A stretch of 64,000 nucleotides of DNA from Prochlorococcaceae cyanobacterium (GTDB taxonomy: Bacteria; Cyanobacteriota; Cyanobacteriia; PCC-6307; Cyanobiaceae), in assembly GCA_044356375.1 (NCBI GenBank), contig JBIKWK010000005.1, forward strand, positions 27,820 to 91,819, in the 5' to 3' direction. Each line of letters opens with the position of its first letter. Within the stretch, counting starts at the first letter, position 1. Both the position numbers and the translations under genes were made by a program. Positions 18,493 through 27,537 of this stretch are shown here, piece after piece. Below the pieces are notes generated by a model. It ran no database searches, was not told the DNA's origin, and was given only the letters and a program-made list of their open reading frames with translations.

Positions 18493-19518
18493 ATGAGCGC
18501 AAACGGTTACCGCGACTACTTCAAGGTGCTCGGCCTGGATCGCAGCGCCGACGCCGACGCGATCAAGCGGACCTTCCGCAAGCTGGCGCGTAAATACCAC
18601 CCGGATGTAAATCCAGGCGACAAGGACGCCGAGGCCAAGTTCAAGGAGATCAGCGAGGCCTACGAGGTACTGTCCGACCCGGACAAGCGCCGCCGCTACG
18701 AACAGTTCGGCCAGTACTGGAGCCAGGGCGGTACTGGTGGAGCCCCCAGCGGCGACGTGGACTTCGGCCGGTACGGCAACTTCGACGACTTCGTTAACGA
18801 CCTGTTGGGCCGCTTTGGCGGCACCGGTGGCCCGGGTTTTGGCGGTGGCGCCCCGAGCTCTGGCGGCTTTGGCTTTGGTTCCGGTTTCCCGGGCGGCGGC
18901 TTTTCTGCCAGTGGCTTCCCAGGCGGTGGCTTCCCCGGCGGTGGTTTCAGCACGGGATTTGGCGGTGGAGCGGCGGCGGCCAACCTCGATGCGGAGGCCG
19001 TGATCGCGATCAGCTTCTCCGAGGCCTTTCACGGTTGCGAGCGCACCTTGGCGGTGAATGAGGAGCGGGTGCAGGTGCGGATTCCCCCCGGCGTGAAGAC
19101 CGGTAGCCGGCTGCGGCTCAAGGCCAAGGGCAACCTGCAGCCCGGCACCGGCCGGCGCGGTGACCTCTATCTCACCCTCAAATTGCAGGAACACCCGATC
19201 TGGAAGCTGGATGGCGACCAGCTGCGGGCCGAGTTGCCCCTGAGTTTGGATGAACTGGCCCTGGGGGGGGAGGTGCGCGTGGCCACCCCCGATGGCGAAG
19301 CCACCCTGCAGGTGCCAGCGGGCATCAGCCTCGGTCGCAGCCTGCGGCTCAAGGGCAAGGGCTGGCCGGGCAAGGGGGGCCGGGGGGATCTGCTGTTGAC
19401 TCCGGTATTGCGGGTGCCCCAGCAACTCACCGAACAGGAAAAGGCCCTGTTTGAGCAGCTGCGGGAACTGCGCAGCAGCAATCCGCGCTCCGGCTGGATC
19501 CAAGCCGCCCGCTTGTAG
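18493..19518 (+). CDS. DnaJ-family co-chaperone, type II (J domain, G/F-rich linker, no zinc finger; CbpA-like)
   Basis: [62 protein letters not shown], then [14 protein letters not shown], then a DnaJ C-terminal domain. ATG at 18493 within ORF 17962..19518. Confidence 0.9.
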   Translation: MSANGYRDYFKVLGLDRSADADAIKRTFRKLARKYHPDVNPGDKDAEAKFKEISEAYEVLSDPDKRRRYEQFGQYWSQGGTGGAPSGDVDFGRYGNFDDFVNDLLGRFGGTGGPGFGGGAPSSGGFGFGSGFPGGGFSASGFPGGGFPGGGFSTGFGGGAAAANLDAEAVIAISFSEAFHGCERTLAVNEERVQVRIPPGVKTGSRLRLKAKGNLQPGTGRRGDLYLTLKLQEHPIWKLDGDQLRAELPLSLDELALGGEVRVATPDGEATLQVPAGISLGRSLRLKGKGWPGKGGRGDLLLTPVLRVPQQLTEQEKALFEQLRELRSSNPRSGWIQAARL

Positions 19519-19555
19519 GGCGATCCCTAGGATCCGCACCAGCCACGCACCCCAG

Positions 19556-20557
19556 ATGGAGCTCACCTACCGCCCCCGCCGGCTGCGCCGCACCCCGGCT
19601 CTCAGGGCCATGGTGCGCCAGTTTCAGCTCAGCCCCACCGATTTCATCTACCCGCTCTTTGTGCACGAAAGTGCCGCCAACGAGCCCATCGGCGCCATGC
19701 CGGGCTGCCAGCGCTGGAGCCTGGAGGGTCTGGTGGAGGAGGTGGGCCGCGCCTGGGATTTAGGCATCCGCTGCGTGGTGCTATTCCCCAAGGTGGCCGA
19801 TGGCCTCAAAACGGAGGATGGCGCTGAATGCTTCAACGAGCACGGCCTGATTCCCAGAGCCATCAGGCTGCTTAAGCAGCGGCATCCCCAGATGGCGATC
19901 ATGACCGATGTGGCCCTGGATCCCTATTCCTGCGATGGCCATGACGGCATAGTCAATCAACAGGGCGTCGTGCTCAATGACGAAACCGTGTCAATCCTAT
20001 GCAAGCAGGCCGTGGCCCAGGCCCGGGCCGGCGCCGATTTGATTGGCCCCAGCGACATGATGGATGGCCGTGTTGGGGCGATCCGAGAAGCCCTGGATGA
20101 AGAGGGTTTTGAGCATGTGGGGATCATCAGCTATACCGCCAAGTACGCCAGCGCCTATTACGGCCCCTTCCGAGAAGCGCTCGATTCCGCGCCGCGGTCC
20201 GTGGCCGATAAACCGATCCCCAAGGACAAGAGCACTTATCAGATGGATCCGGCCAATGGCCGTGAGGCGATCACCGAGGCCCAGCTGGATGAGAGCGAGG
20301 GGGCGGACATATTGATGGTCAAGCCTGGCTTGGCCTATCTCGATATCATCCATCAGCTGCGCCAGGAGAGCGAGCTGCCCATTGCCGCCTACAACGTAAG
20401 CGGAGAATACTCCATGGTTAAGGCGGCCGCAGAGCGGGGCTGGATTGACGAGCGGGCCGTGGTGCTGGAAACCCTGCTCTGCTTTAAGCGGGCCGGTGCC
20501 GACTTGATCCTCACCTATCACGCCTGTGATGCTGCCGCCTGGCTAAAGGAGGGTTGA
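19556..20557 (+). CDS. hemB: Porphobilinogen synthase (delta-aminolevulinate dehydratase)
   Basis: MELTYRPRRLRRTPALRAMVRQFQLSPTDFIYPLFV...DVALDPY...MVKPGLAYLDII...AYNVSGEYSM. Confidence 0.93.
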   Translation: MELTYRPRRLRRTPALRAMVRQFQLSPTDFIYPLFVHESAANEPIGAMPGCQRWSLEGLVEEVGRAWDLGIRCVVLFPKVADGLKTEDGAECFNEHGLIPRAIRLLKQRHPQMAIMTDVALDPYSCDGHDGIVNQQGVVLNDETVSILCKQAVAQARAGADLIGPSDMMDGRVGAIREALDEEGFEHVGIISYTAKYASAYYGPFREALDSAPRSVADKPIPKDKSTYQMDPANGREAITEAQLDESEGADILMVKPGLAYLDIIHQLRQESELPIAAYNVSGEYSMVKAAAERGWIDERAVVLETLLCFKRAGADLILTYHACDAAAWLKEG

Positions 20558-20586
20558 GCGCTTTGGGGCTATTCAAGTTTATCTAT

Positions 20587-20705
20587 GGACAAGCTTATCT
20601 CGAGACCGGCTTTATGCTGGATCATACTATCTCAGTAACGGCTTAAATCTGGATCAGCTTATCTCTGGATCAGTTTATTTTGGGATCAGCTTATCTCTGG
20701 ATTTG
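20587..20705. repeat. Degenerate 16-bp tandem repeat (GGATCAGCTTATCTCT), about 7-8 units, with the 3 best units at 20651-20698
   Basis: Read directly: GGATCAGCTTATCTCT / GGATCAGTTTATTTTG / GGATCAGCTTATCTCT, preceded by weaker units (GGACAAGCTTATCTCGA, GGATCATACTATCTCAG). It lies in the hemB / VOC-gene spacer. Confidence 0.8.
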
Positions 20706-20812
20706 CCCTCAAGCTGCCGGAAATCGAGCTGCTGCCGTGCCAGTGGCGGTGATCTCCGGCCCCGAGGGCAGGCTTGAGCATCTTTAATGAAAGCAGCGAT
20801 GGGATTGGGCTG

Positions 20813-21295
20813 ATGGCGGTGGAGCGGCTGGGCCACGTGGCGATTCGCGTTGAGGAGATGGGGCGCGCCAAGGCCTTTTATCAATCCCTGGGCCTCTGCA
20901 TCACCTGGGATGCCGACGATTGGTGCTATCTGCAGTCGCCGAGCACCGGCGATGGCATCGCCCTGCTCAGTGCCGACTACAGGGCGGCGGGGCCCCACTT
21001 CGCCTTCCACTTCAGCGACCGGGCCGAGTTGGATGAATTGCACGCCCAATTGGAAGCCCAAGGCCAGAGCTGCGGGCCGGTGCATGATCACCGCGACGGC
21101 ACCGCCAGCTTTTACCTGCGGGATCCGGAGGGCAACTGGCTGGAAATGCTCTACGAACCCACCGGCGGCATCCCCTCCAACCTGCCCGGCCAGGCAGCCA
21201 TCCCCGCTGTTCTTCCGCCTGGGATTGCAGCAGCCATTGCCGCCCCTGGTACCCCTGGCAATCCCGCCGTAACTACTGCACCTAGCGCCGGGTGA
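20813..21295 (+). CDS. Glyoxalase/bleomycin-resistance/dioxygenase (VOC) family protein
   Basis: MAVERLGHVAIRVEEMGRAKAFYQSLGL...HFAFHF...FYLRDPEGNWLEM. Pro/Ala-rich tail. Stop overlaps the mutS2 GTG (GTGA). Confidence 0.8.
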   Translation: MAVERLGHVAIRVEEMGRAKAFYQSLGLCITWDADDWCYLQSPSTGDGIALLSADYRAAGPHFAFHFSDRAELDELHAQLEAQGQSCGPVHDHRDGTASFYLRDPEGNWLEMLYEPTGGIPSNLPGQAAIPAVLPPGIAAAIAAPGTPGNPAVTTAPSAG

Positions 21296-23904
21296 GCATC
21301 GAACAGGAAGCCCTGGAGCTGCTGGAGTGGCCGAGGCTCTCCAGCCACGTGGCCAGTTTCACCAGCACCGCTGCCGGCAAGCGCGGCTGTGTTCCCCTTC
21401 CCCTGGCCCGCAGCCAGGCCGATAGCGAGACCCTGCAGGCGGAAACCACCGAGCTGCTGGCCCTCGACGGCCTCACCGAGGGGGGCCTGAGCTTTCAGGG
21501 GGTGGCCGACATCGCCACCACCGTGCAGCTCTGTGCCAAGGGGGGCACCGCCGCCGGCGAGGCGCTGCTGGAACTGGCCACCACCCTGGCCGCCGCCCGG
21601 CGGTTGCGGCGCCAGATCGACGCTCCAGAACTGCGCCCGGTGACCACGGCCCTGGTGGCCGAGCTGCGCACCCTGCCGGAGCTGGAACAGCGGCTGCACT
21701 TCTGCCTGGAGGAGGGCGGCCGGGTGGCGGATCGGGCCAGCCCTGCCCTGGGCGGTTTGCGGCGCCAGCTGGCGGGCGCCCGGGCCGAACGGCGGGAAAG
21801 GCTGCAGGAGCTGCTGCGGCGTTGGGCACCGATGCTCCAGGACACGGTGATCGCCGAGCGCAACGGCCGGCCGGTGCTGGCCCTCAAGGTAGGGGCGGCC
21901 AGCCAGGTGGCCGGCCTGGTGCACGACAGTTCGGCCTCCGGCAGCACGGTGTTCATCGAACCCCAGGCGGTGATTCCCCTGGGCAACCGCATCCGCGACC
22001 TGGAGGGCCAGGAACGGGAGCTTGAGCGGCAACTGCTGGTGGAACTGAGCGGCCTGGTGGGCGAGCAGGCGGAGTCGCTGCAGGCCCTGCAGGCGGTGTT
22101 GTTAAAGCTGGATCTGGCCCTGGCCCGAGCCCGCTATGGCCAGTGGCTGGGGGCGGTGCGGCCCCAATTGTCGGCCGATCCCCTGGCGCCGCTGTCGCTG
22201 GTGGAGCTGCGCCATCCGCTGCTCCTGTGGCAGCAGCGGCGCCAGGGTGGCAAGCAGGTGGTGCCGGTGACGGTGCGGGTGGGGTCCGATCTGCGGGTGG
22301 TGGCGATCACCGGCCCCAACACCGGCGGCAAGACGGTGACGCTAAAAAGCGTGGGATTGGCGGCATTGATGGCCAGGGCCGGCCTGTTTTTGCCCTGCCA
22401 GGGCACGCCTCAACTGCCCTGGTGCGCCCAGGTGCTGGCCGACATCGGCGACGAGCAGTCGCTGCAGCAGAGCCTCTCCACCTTCAGCGGCCACATCCGG
22501 CGCATCGCCCGCATTCTCAATGCCCTGGCGCCCCAGAAGCCGCCTGGAGCGGTGGCCGATACCACCACTGTCCTTACCACCACCACCACCGATGCCGGCA
22601 CTGATGCCACAGCCATAGCCACAGCCACAGCCATAGCCATAGCTGCCGCGCATGCCGATGCTGGAACTGATGCCACAGCCATAGCCGCCACCTCTGCCGA
22701 AACCGGAACCGGAACCGGAACCGGCTCCGTAGGAGCAGCCGCGCCGGCGGCGGCGTTGGTGCTGCTCGATGAGGTGGGTGCCGGAACCGATCCCACCGAG
22801 GGTTCAGCCCTGGCCACCGCCCTGTTGCAGCACCTGGCGGAGCGGGCCCGGCTCACGATTGCCACCACCCACTACGGCGAATTGAAGGCGCTGAAATATG
22901 CGGATCCGCGGTTTGAAAACGCCTCGGTGGCCTTTGATGAGCAAACCCTTTCGCCCACCTATCGGCTGCAGTGGGGTATTCCGGGGCGCAGCAATGCCCT
23001 GGCGATCGCCCGGCGGCTGGGTTTAGCCGAAACGGTGTTGCGCCAGGCCGAAACCCAGCTGGAGCCCCTGGGAGAAGGGGATGTGAACCAGGTGATCGCC
23101 GGACTGGAGCAGCAGCGACAGCGACAGCAGGAGGCGGCGGAAGATGCCGCTGCCCTGCTGGCCCGCACGGAACTGCTGCACGAGGAATTGCTGCTGCGCT
23201 GGCAGCAACAGAAGGAGCAGAGCGCCGAACTGCAGGAACAGCGGCGCCAGCAGCTGGAGCTGTCGATTCGCTCCGGCCAGCAGGAGGTGCGCCGGATCAT
23301 CCGCCGCCTGCGCCAGGGGGAAAGGGCTGGCGAGGCCAGCAATGCCATGGGCGAAACCGCCCGCCAGGCCGGCCAGCGCCTCAAGAGCTTGCAGCAACAA
23401 CACCGGCCGGTCTCCGAGCGGCGCGAGCACCGGGGCTGGCGGCCGGCGGTGGGGGATCGGGTGCGGCTGCTGGCCCTGGGCAAGCCGGCGGAGGTGCTGG
23501 CGATTTCCAGCGACGGCCGCGAACTCACCGTGCGCTGCGGCGTTATGCGCTCCACGGTGGAGTTGTCGGCGATCGAGGGACTGGCGGGCGAGAAGCCGGC
23601 ACCGCCGCCCGAACCTCAGGTGGTGGTCAAGGGCCAGCGGGGTCTGGCGGCCCGGGGCGCCGAAGTGCGCACCGAACGCAACACCGTGGACGTGCGCGGC
23701 CTGCGGGTGCACGAGGCGGAGGCGGCGGTGGAGGAACAGCTGCGGGCGGCCAATGGTCCGCTGTGGGTGATCCACGGCATCGGCACCGGCAAACTCAAAC
23801 GGGGCCTGCGGGCCTGGCTGGAGACTGTGCCCTACGTGGAGCGGGTGAGCGATGCGGAACGGGGCGACGGCGGTGCCGGCTGCAGCGTGGTGTACGTGAA
23901 ATGA
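21292..23904 (+). CDS. mutS2: Endonuclease MutS2 (MutS-II ATPase plus C-terminal Smr domain)
   Basis: Walker A ITGPNTGGKTVTLK, Walker B LVLLDEVGAGTDP, Smr end VDVRGLRVHEAE...LWVIHGIGTGKLKRGLR. It contains a T/A/G/D-rich insertion of roughly 75 aa between the signature region and Walker B. Confidence 0.92.
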   Translation: MSIEQEALELLEWPRLSSHVASFTSTAAGKRGCVPLPLARSQADSETLQAETTELLALDGLTEGGLSFQGVADIATTVQLCAKGGTAAGEALLELATTLAAARRLRRQIDAPELRPVTTALVAELRTLPELEQRLHFCLEEGGRVADRASPALGGLRRQLAGARAERRERLQELLRRWAPMLQDTVIAERNGRPVLALKVGAASQVAGLVHDSSASGSTVFIEPQAVIPLGNRIRDLEGQERELERQLLVELSGLVGEQAESLQALQAVLLKLDLALARARYGQWLGAVRPQLSADPLAPLSLVELRHPLLLWQQRRQGGKQVVPVTVRVGSDLRVVAITGPNTGGKTVTLKSVGLAALMARAGLFLPCQGTPQLPWCAQVLADIGDEQSLQQSLSTFSGHIRRIARILNALAPQKPPGAVADTTTVLTTTTTDAGTDATAIATATAIAIAAAHADAGTDATAIAATSAETGTGTGTGSVGAAAPAAALVLLDEVGAGTDPTEGSALATALLQHLAERARLTIATTHYGELKALKYADPRFENASVAFDEQTLSPTYRLQWGIPGRSNALAIARRLGLAETVLRQAETQLEPLGEGDVNQVIAGLEQQRQRQQEAAEDAAALLARTELLHEELLLRWQQQKEQSAELQEQRRQQLELSIRSGQQEVRRIIRRLRQGERAGEASNAMGETARQAGQRLKSLQQQHRPVSERREHRGWRPAVGDRVRLLALGKPAEVLAISSDGRELTVRCGVMRSTVELSAIEGLAGEKPAPPPEPQVVVKGQRGLAARGAEVRTERNTVDVRGLRVHEAEAAVEEQLRAANGPLWVIHGIGTGKLKRGLRAWLETVPYVERVSDAERGDGGAGCSVVYVK

Positions 23905-24017
23905 GTATGGGAAAAGTTATCGACAGGGCTTGCTGAAAATCCCAGGCCGCCACTTAGGGGTTTGTTGAAAAACTCCCGCACAACCCGATTTGCCTGCATG
24001 GGTTGTGCAGTGAACTC

Positions 24018-24464
24018 CTAGGGCAGGGCCACCAGCACGCCGCCCACCCCGATCAGGGCCACCCCCAGCCAGGCTCGCCAGCCCAGCTGTTCACCCAGGA
24101 GAAATACTCCAAAAATCGCCACCAGCACCACGCTCAATTTGTCGATCGAGGCCACCCGGGCGATCGGGCCGAATTGCAACGCCTTGAAGTAACAAAGCCA
24201 GGAGGCGCCGGTGGCCAACCCCGAAAGGCCCAGGGCCAGCAGGCTTTTACGTGGTAGCTCGCTCAATTTGCTGGCCTGCAATTGGCCCGTCAGCAGCAGC
24301 ATCGCGCCCAGGGCCACCAGCACCACCACGGTGCGCAGAAGGGTGGCCAGGTTGCTGTCGATGCCATCCACGCCCAGCTTGGCCAGCAGGCCGGTGAGGG
24401 ATGCAAACAGCGAGGCCAGCACAGCCCAGAAAATCCAACTGCCCAGCAGTGCGGTGGCGGCCAT
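24018..24464 (-). CDS. EamA-like (DMT superfamily) small transporter, single EamA domain
   Basis: 148 aa from the ATG at 24464: MAATALLGSWIFWAVLASLFASLTGLLAKLGV..., with 4-5 TM helices. Confidence 0.75.
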   Translation of the reverse strand: MAATALLGSWIFWAVLASLFASLTGLLAKLGVDGIDSNLATLLRTVVVLVALGAMLLLTGQLQASKLSELPRKSLLALGLSGLATGASWLCYFKALQFGPIARVASIDKLSVVLVAIFGVFLLGEQLGWRAWLGVALIGVGGVLVALP

Positions 24465-24466
24465 GG

Positions 24467-27175
24467 TCAGGGCACCAGGTTCACCAATTTGCCGGGCACC
24501 ACGATCACTCGCCTGGGCGGCTTGCCCTCCAGCCACTTGATCGCCACCTCGCTGGCCAGGGCCAGCTGTTCCAGGGTGGCCGCATCGGCGTCGGCGGGCA
24601 CCTCCAAATTGCCGCGCACCTTGCCCTTCACCTGGATCACCAGGGGGATGGTGTCGCGCACCAGGGCGGCTGGATCCACCTGGGGCCATCGCTGACGGTG
24701 GATGCTGCTCAAGGCGAGCGGTTGATCGGCGCTACGGCCCCCCAGCTTCAGCCACAGCTCCTCCGCCAGATGGGGGGCAAATGGGGCCAGCAGCAGCAGC
24801 AGACTGTGCAGGGCCTCAATAGCCACTGGCCCACTGGCCTCCGCAATGGCTTCGGCCATGGCGTTGCTGAGTTTCATTAATTCTGATACAGCGGTATTGA
24901 ACTGATAATCCCCGCTTAGATCTTCGCTAACTGCCTGAATTGCCGTATGCACAGCGCGGCGGAGTTGCCGTTCGCTGGGGCTGAGTTCTGCCACCACAAT
25001 CGCCTGGGGATCGATTGGTTCAGCCAAGCTGAGGCCCCTTGTGCTGGCGGCCTCCACCAAGCGCCAGATTCGCTGCAGAAAGCGGAATTGACCCTCCACG
25101 TCGGCATCGTCCCATTCCAGATCCTTTTCTGGCGGTGCCTTGAACAAAATGAACATCCGCGCTGTATCGGCGCCGTAGCGATCGATTACCTGGGCTGGAT
25201 CGACACCATTATGTTTAGATTTTGACATCTTTTCATAGAATGTCTCCAGCCGTTCGCCGCTCAATGGATCGCGGGGATCATCGGCATCCTTTACATCGGC
25301 TGGGGCAACGTATTTGCCGGTTGCGGGGTTTTTATAGGTGATGCCCTGCACCATTCCCTGGGTGAGCAGGCGGGTAAATGGTTCGTCAAAACTGAGCAAA
25401 CCCCTATCCCTCAGCACCTTGGTAAAGAAGCGGGAATAGAGCAAATGCAGGATCGCGTGTTCGATGCCGCCCACGTATTGATCCACCGGCAGCCAGCGAT
25501 CCACTTTCTGGCGCTCAAATGGCAGCTCTGTGTTGTGGGGATCGCTGTAGCGCAGGTAATACCAGCTGGAGCACATAAAAGTATCCATGGTGTCCGTTTC
25601 CCGCTGGGCGGGCTGGCCACACAGGGGACAGGTGACGTTCAACCAGTCCTGCAGCTGGGCCAGGGGCGAACCGCCCTTGCCCGTGAAAGCTTCGGTCCTG
25701 GGGAGCTCCACCGGCAGCTGCTCGGCGGGCACCGGCACCACGCCGCAGCTGGGGCAGTGGATCACTGGAATGGGACAACCCCAATAGCGCTGCCGTGAGA
25801 TCAACCAATCCCGCAGCCGATACTGCACCCTGCCCTGGCCCCAGCCCCCCAGTTCAGCCGCCCGGGTGATCGCCAGTTTTGCTTCACTACTTTGCAGGCC
25901 ATCAAACTCACCGGAATGGATCAGCATGCCCGCCTCTGTCCAGGCGCCGCCCTCATAGGCGTGCTCGTCACTGCCCTCAGGAATGATTACCTGCTTTACC
26001 GGCAGTTCGTATTGACGAGCAAATAGAAAATCACGCTGGTCATGGGCGGGCACCCCCATCACCGCTCCGGTGCCGTATTCCGCCAGCACGTAGTCGGCGA
26101 TCCAAAGGGGCAGCAGCTCGCCGCTGGCCGGATTGCGCACCATCGAGCCGAGTGGCACCCCCCGCTTGGGCTTGTCCTCGGCCGTGCGCTCCTGCTCGCT
26201 CTGGCCACTGACGAGATCGCAAAAGGCCTCCACCTGCAGCTGTTGGTCGCCGCTGGTGAGCTGGGCCACCAGCGGATGTTCAGGAGCCAGCACCACATAG
26301 CTGACTCCATAAATGGTGTCTGGCCTGGTGGTGAACACCGTGATTTGCTCAGCGGTGGCATTGCCGCTGGCATCCACCACGGCAAAGTGCAATTCGGTGC
26401 CATAGCTGCGACCAATCCAGTTGGCCTGCATCGTGCGCACCCGCTCTGGCCAGCCGGTCAGCTTGGGCAGATCGTCCAGCAGTTGGTCGGCGTAGGCGGT
26501 GATGCGCAGGAACCACTGGCGCAGCTGGCGCTTTTGCACCAGGGCCCCGGAGCGCCAGGAACGCCCCTCGCCGTCCACCTGTTCGTTGGCCAGCACCGTC
26601 TGGTCCACCGGGTCCCAGTTGACGGTGGCCTCCTTTTGGTAGGCCAGCCCCGCCTCCAGAAACTGCAGGAACAGCCACTGGGTCCAGCGGTAGTAGTCGG
26701 TGTGGCAGGTGGCCAGCTCCCGATCCCAGTCGATCGACAGGCCCAGCTGGCGCAGCTGATCGCGCATCGCCGCGATGTTGCGATCGGTCCAGACGCCAGG
26801 ATCGACACCCCTTTCAATCGCCGCATTTTCGGCCGGCAGTCCGAAGGCGTCCCAGCCCATCGGATGCAGTACATGCTTGCCGCGCATTCGCTGCACCCGC
26901 GCAACCACATCGGTGATCACGTAGTTGCGCACATGGCCCATGTGCAGGTTCCCGGAGGGGTAGGGAAACATCGACAGGGCGTAGAAGCTCTCGGGGCTGG
27001 CCCATGCCCCATCAGCTGCCCCACCAGCCTCCAGATCCACTGCCCCATCTGGGGTGGCATCCAGCTCCGCCACCTGCCACTGCCGTTGCCAGCTGCCCTC
27101 GATGGCCTGGGGTTGATAGCGGCTTACTTCGCTCACGACAGGCCCTGGTCTGGTTTGTGATGGTGCCACAGCCAA
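24467..27175 (-). CDS. leuS: Leucine--tRNA ligase
   Basis: 902 aa. [15 protein letters not shown] (HIGH), [10 protein letters not shown] (KMSKS), CP1 editing domain. Confidence 0.95.
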   Translation of the reverse strand: MAVAPSQTRPGPVVSEVSRYQPQAIEGSWQRQWQVAELDATPDGAVDLEAGGAADGAWASPESFYALSMFPYPSGNLHMGHVRNYVITDVVARVQRMRGKHVLHPMGWDAFGLPAENAAIERGVDPGVWTDRNIAAMRDQLRQLGLSIDWDRELATCHTDYYRWTQWLFLQFLEAGLAYQKEATVNWDPVDQTVLANEQVDGEGRSWRSGALVQKRQLRQWFLRITAYADQLLDDLPKLTGWPERVRTMQANWIGRSYGTELHFAVVDASGNATAEQITVFTTRPDTIYGVSYVVLAPEHPLVAQLTSGDQQLQVEAFCDLVSGQSEQERTAEDKPKRGVPLGSMVRNPASGELLPLWIADYVLAEYGTGAVMGVPAHDQRDFLFARQYELPVKQVIIPEGSDEHAYEGGAWTEAGMLIHSGEFDGLQSSEAKLAITRAAELGGWGQGRVQYRLRDWLISRQRYWGCPIPVIHCPSCGVVPVPAEQLPVELPRTEAFTGKGGSPLAQLQDWLNVTCPLCGQPAQRETDTMDTFMCSSWYYLRYSDPHNTELPFERQKVDRWLPVDQYVGGIEHAILHLLYSRFFTKVLRDRGLLSFDEPFTRLLTQGMVQGITYKNPATGKYVAPADVKDADDPRDPLSGERLETFYEKMSKSKHNGVDPAQVIDRYGADTARMFILFKAPPEKDLEWDDADVEGQFRFLQRIWRLVEAASTRGLSLAEPIDPQAIVVAELSPSERQLRRAVHTAIQAVSEDLSGDYQFNTAVSELMKLSNAMAEAIAEASGPVAIEALHSLLLLLAPFAPHLAEELWLKLGGRSADQPLALSSIHRQRWPQVDPAALVRDTIPLVIQVKGKVRGNLEVPADADAATLEQLALASEVAIKWLEGKPPRRVIVVPGKLVNLVP

Positions 27176-27180
27176 TCCCT

Positions 27181-27240
27181 TGCGCCGGACCGGGGTCCAT
27201 GGCGCCGGACCGGGGTCCCTGGCGCCGGACTGGGGTCCAT
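27181..27240. repeat. 20-bp tandem repeat, 3 copies (GGCGCCGGACCGGGGTCCAT)
   Basis: Units at 27181, 27201 and 27221 read directly. Each contains GGACC-GG-GGTCC and the palindrome GGCGCC. It lies between the hfq stop and the leuS start. Confidence 0.85.
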
Positions 27241-27267
27241 GGGCCAGGGACCTGTTCCCGGCCCTGT

Positions 27268-27504
27268 TCAGGCCAAGGCCCGCAGCAGGGCCACCGCGTG
27301 GCGGTTCACCAGGGTCAGGGGCTGTCCCTCCTGGCTGATGGCCAGGTAGTCCTGGTCCTGCCAGCGCAGCACCCCCTGCAACTGCTCGCCACTGAGCAGC
27401 GTCAAGTTCAACTGCGATCCCTGGCGGATCAGGCCCTGGATGTGGCGTACGCCCGGCTGGCTGGCATCGAAGCCACCGCCGCCGCGACCAAAAACGCTCT
27501 GCAT
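27268..27504 (-). CDS. hfq: Cyanobacterial-type Hfq (Sm-like RNA-binding protein)
   Basis: 78 aa. [45 protein letters not shown] parallels Synechocystis Ssr3341 ([35 protein letters not shown]). Confidence 0.8.
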   Translation of the reverse strand: MQSVFGRGGGGFDASQPGVRHIQGLIRQGSQLNLTLLSGEQLQGVLRWQDQDYLAISQEGQPLTLVNRHAVALLRALA

Positions 27505-27537
27505 AGGATTGTCAGCTCAGCTGCCCCGGCCACGATC

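Noticed and set aside
17716-19566. A 616-aa minus-strand ORF spanning the whole Trx-like to dnaJ region
   Set aside because: Only the last 160 codons look like a real protein (TM helix plus Trx domain). The upstream 450 codons are antisense to the clearly genuine DnaJ gene and are R/A/G/P-rich, which is typical of shadow ORFs in high-GC DNA.
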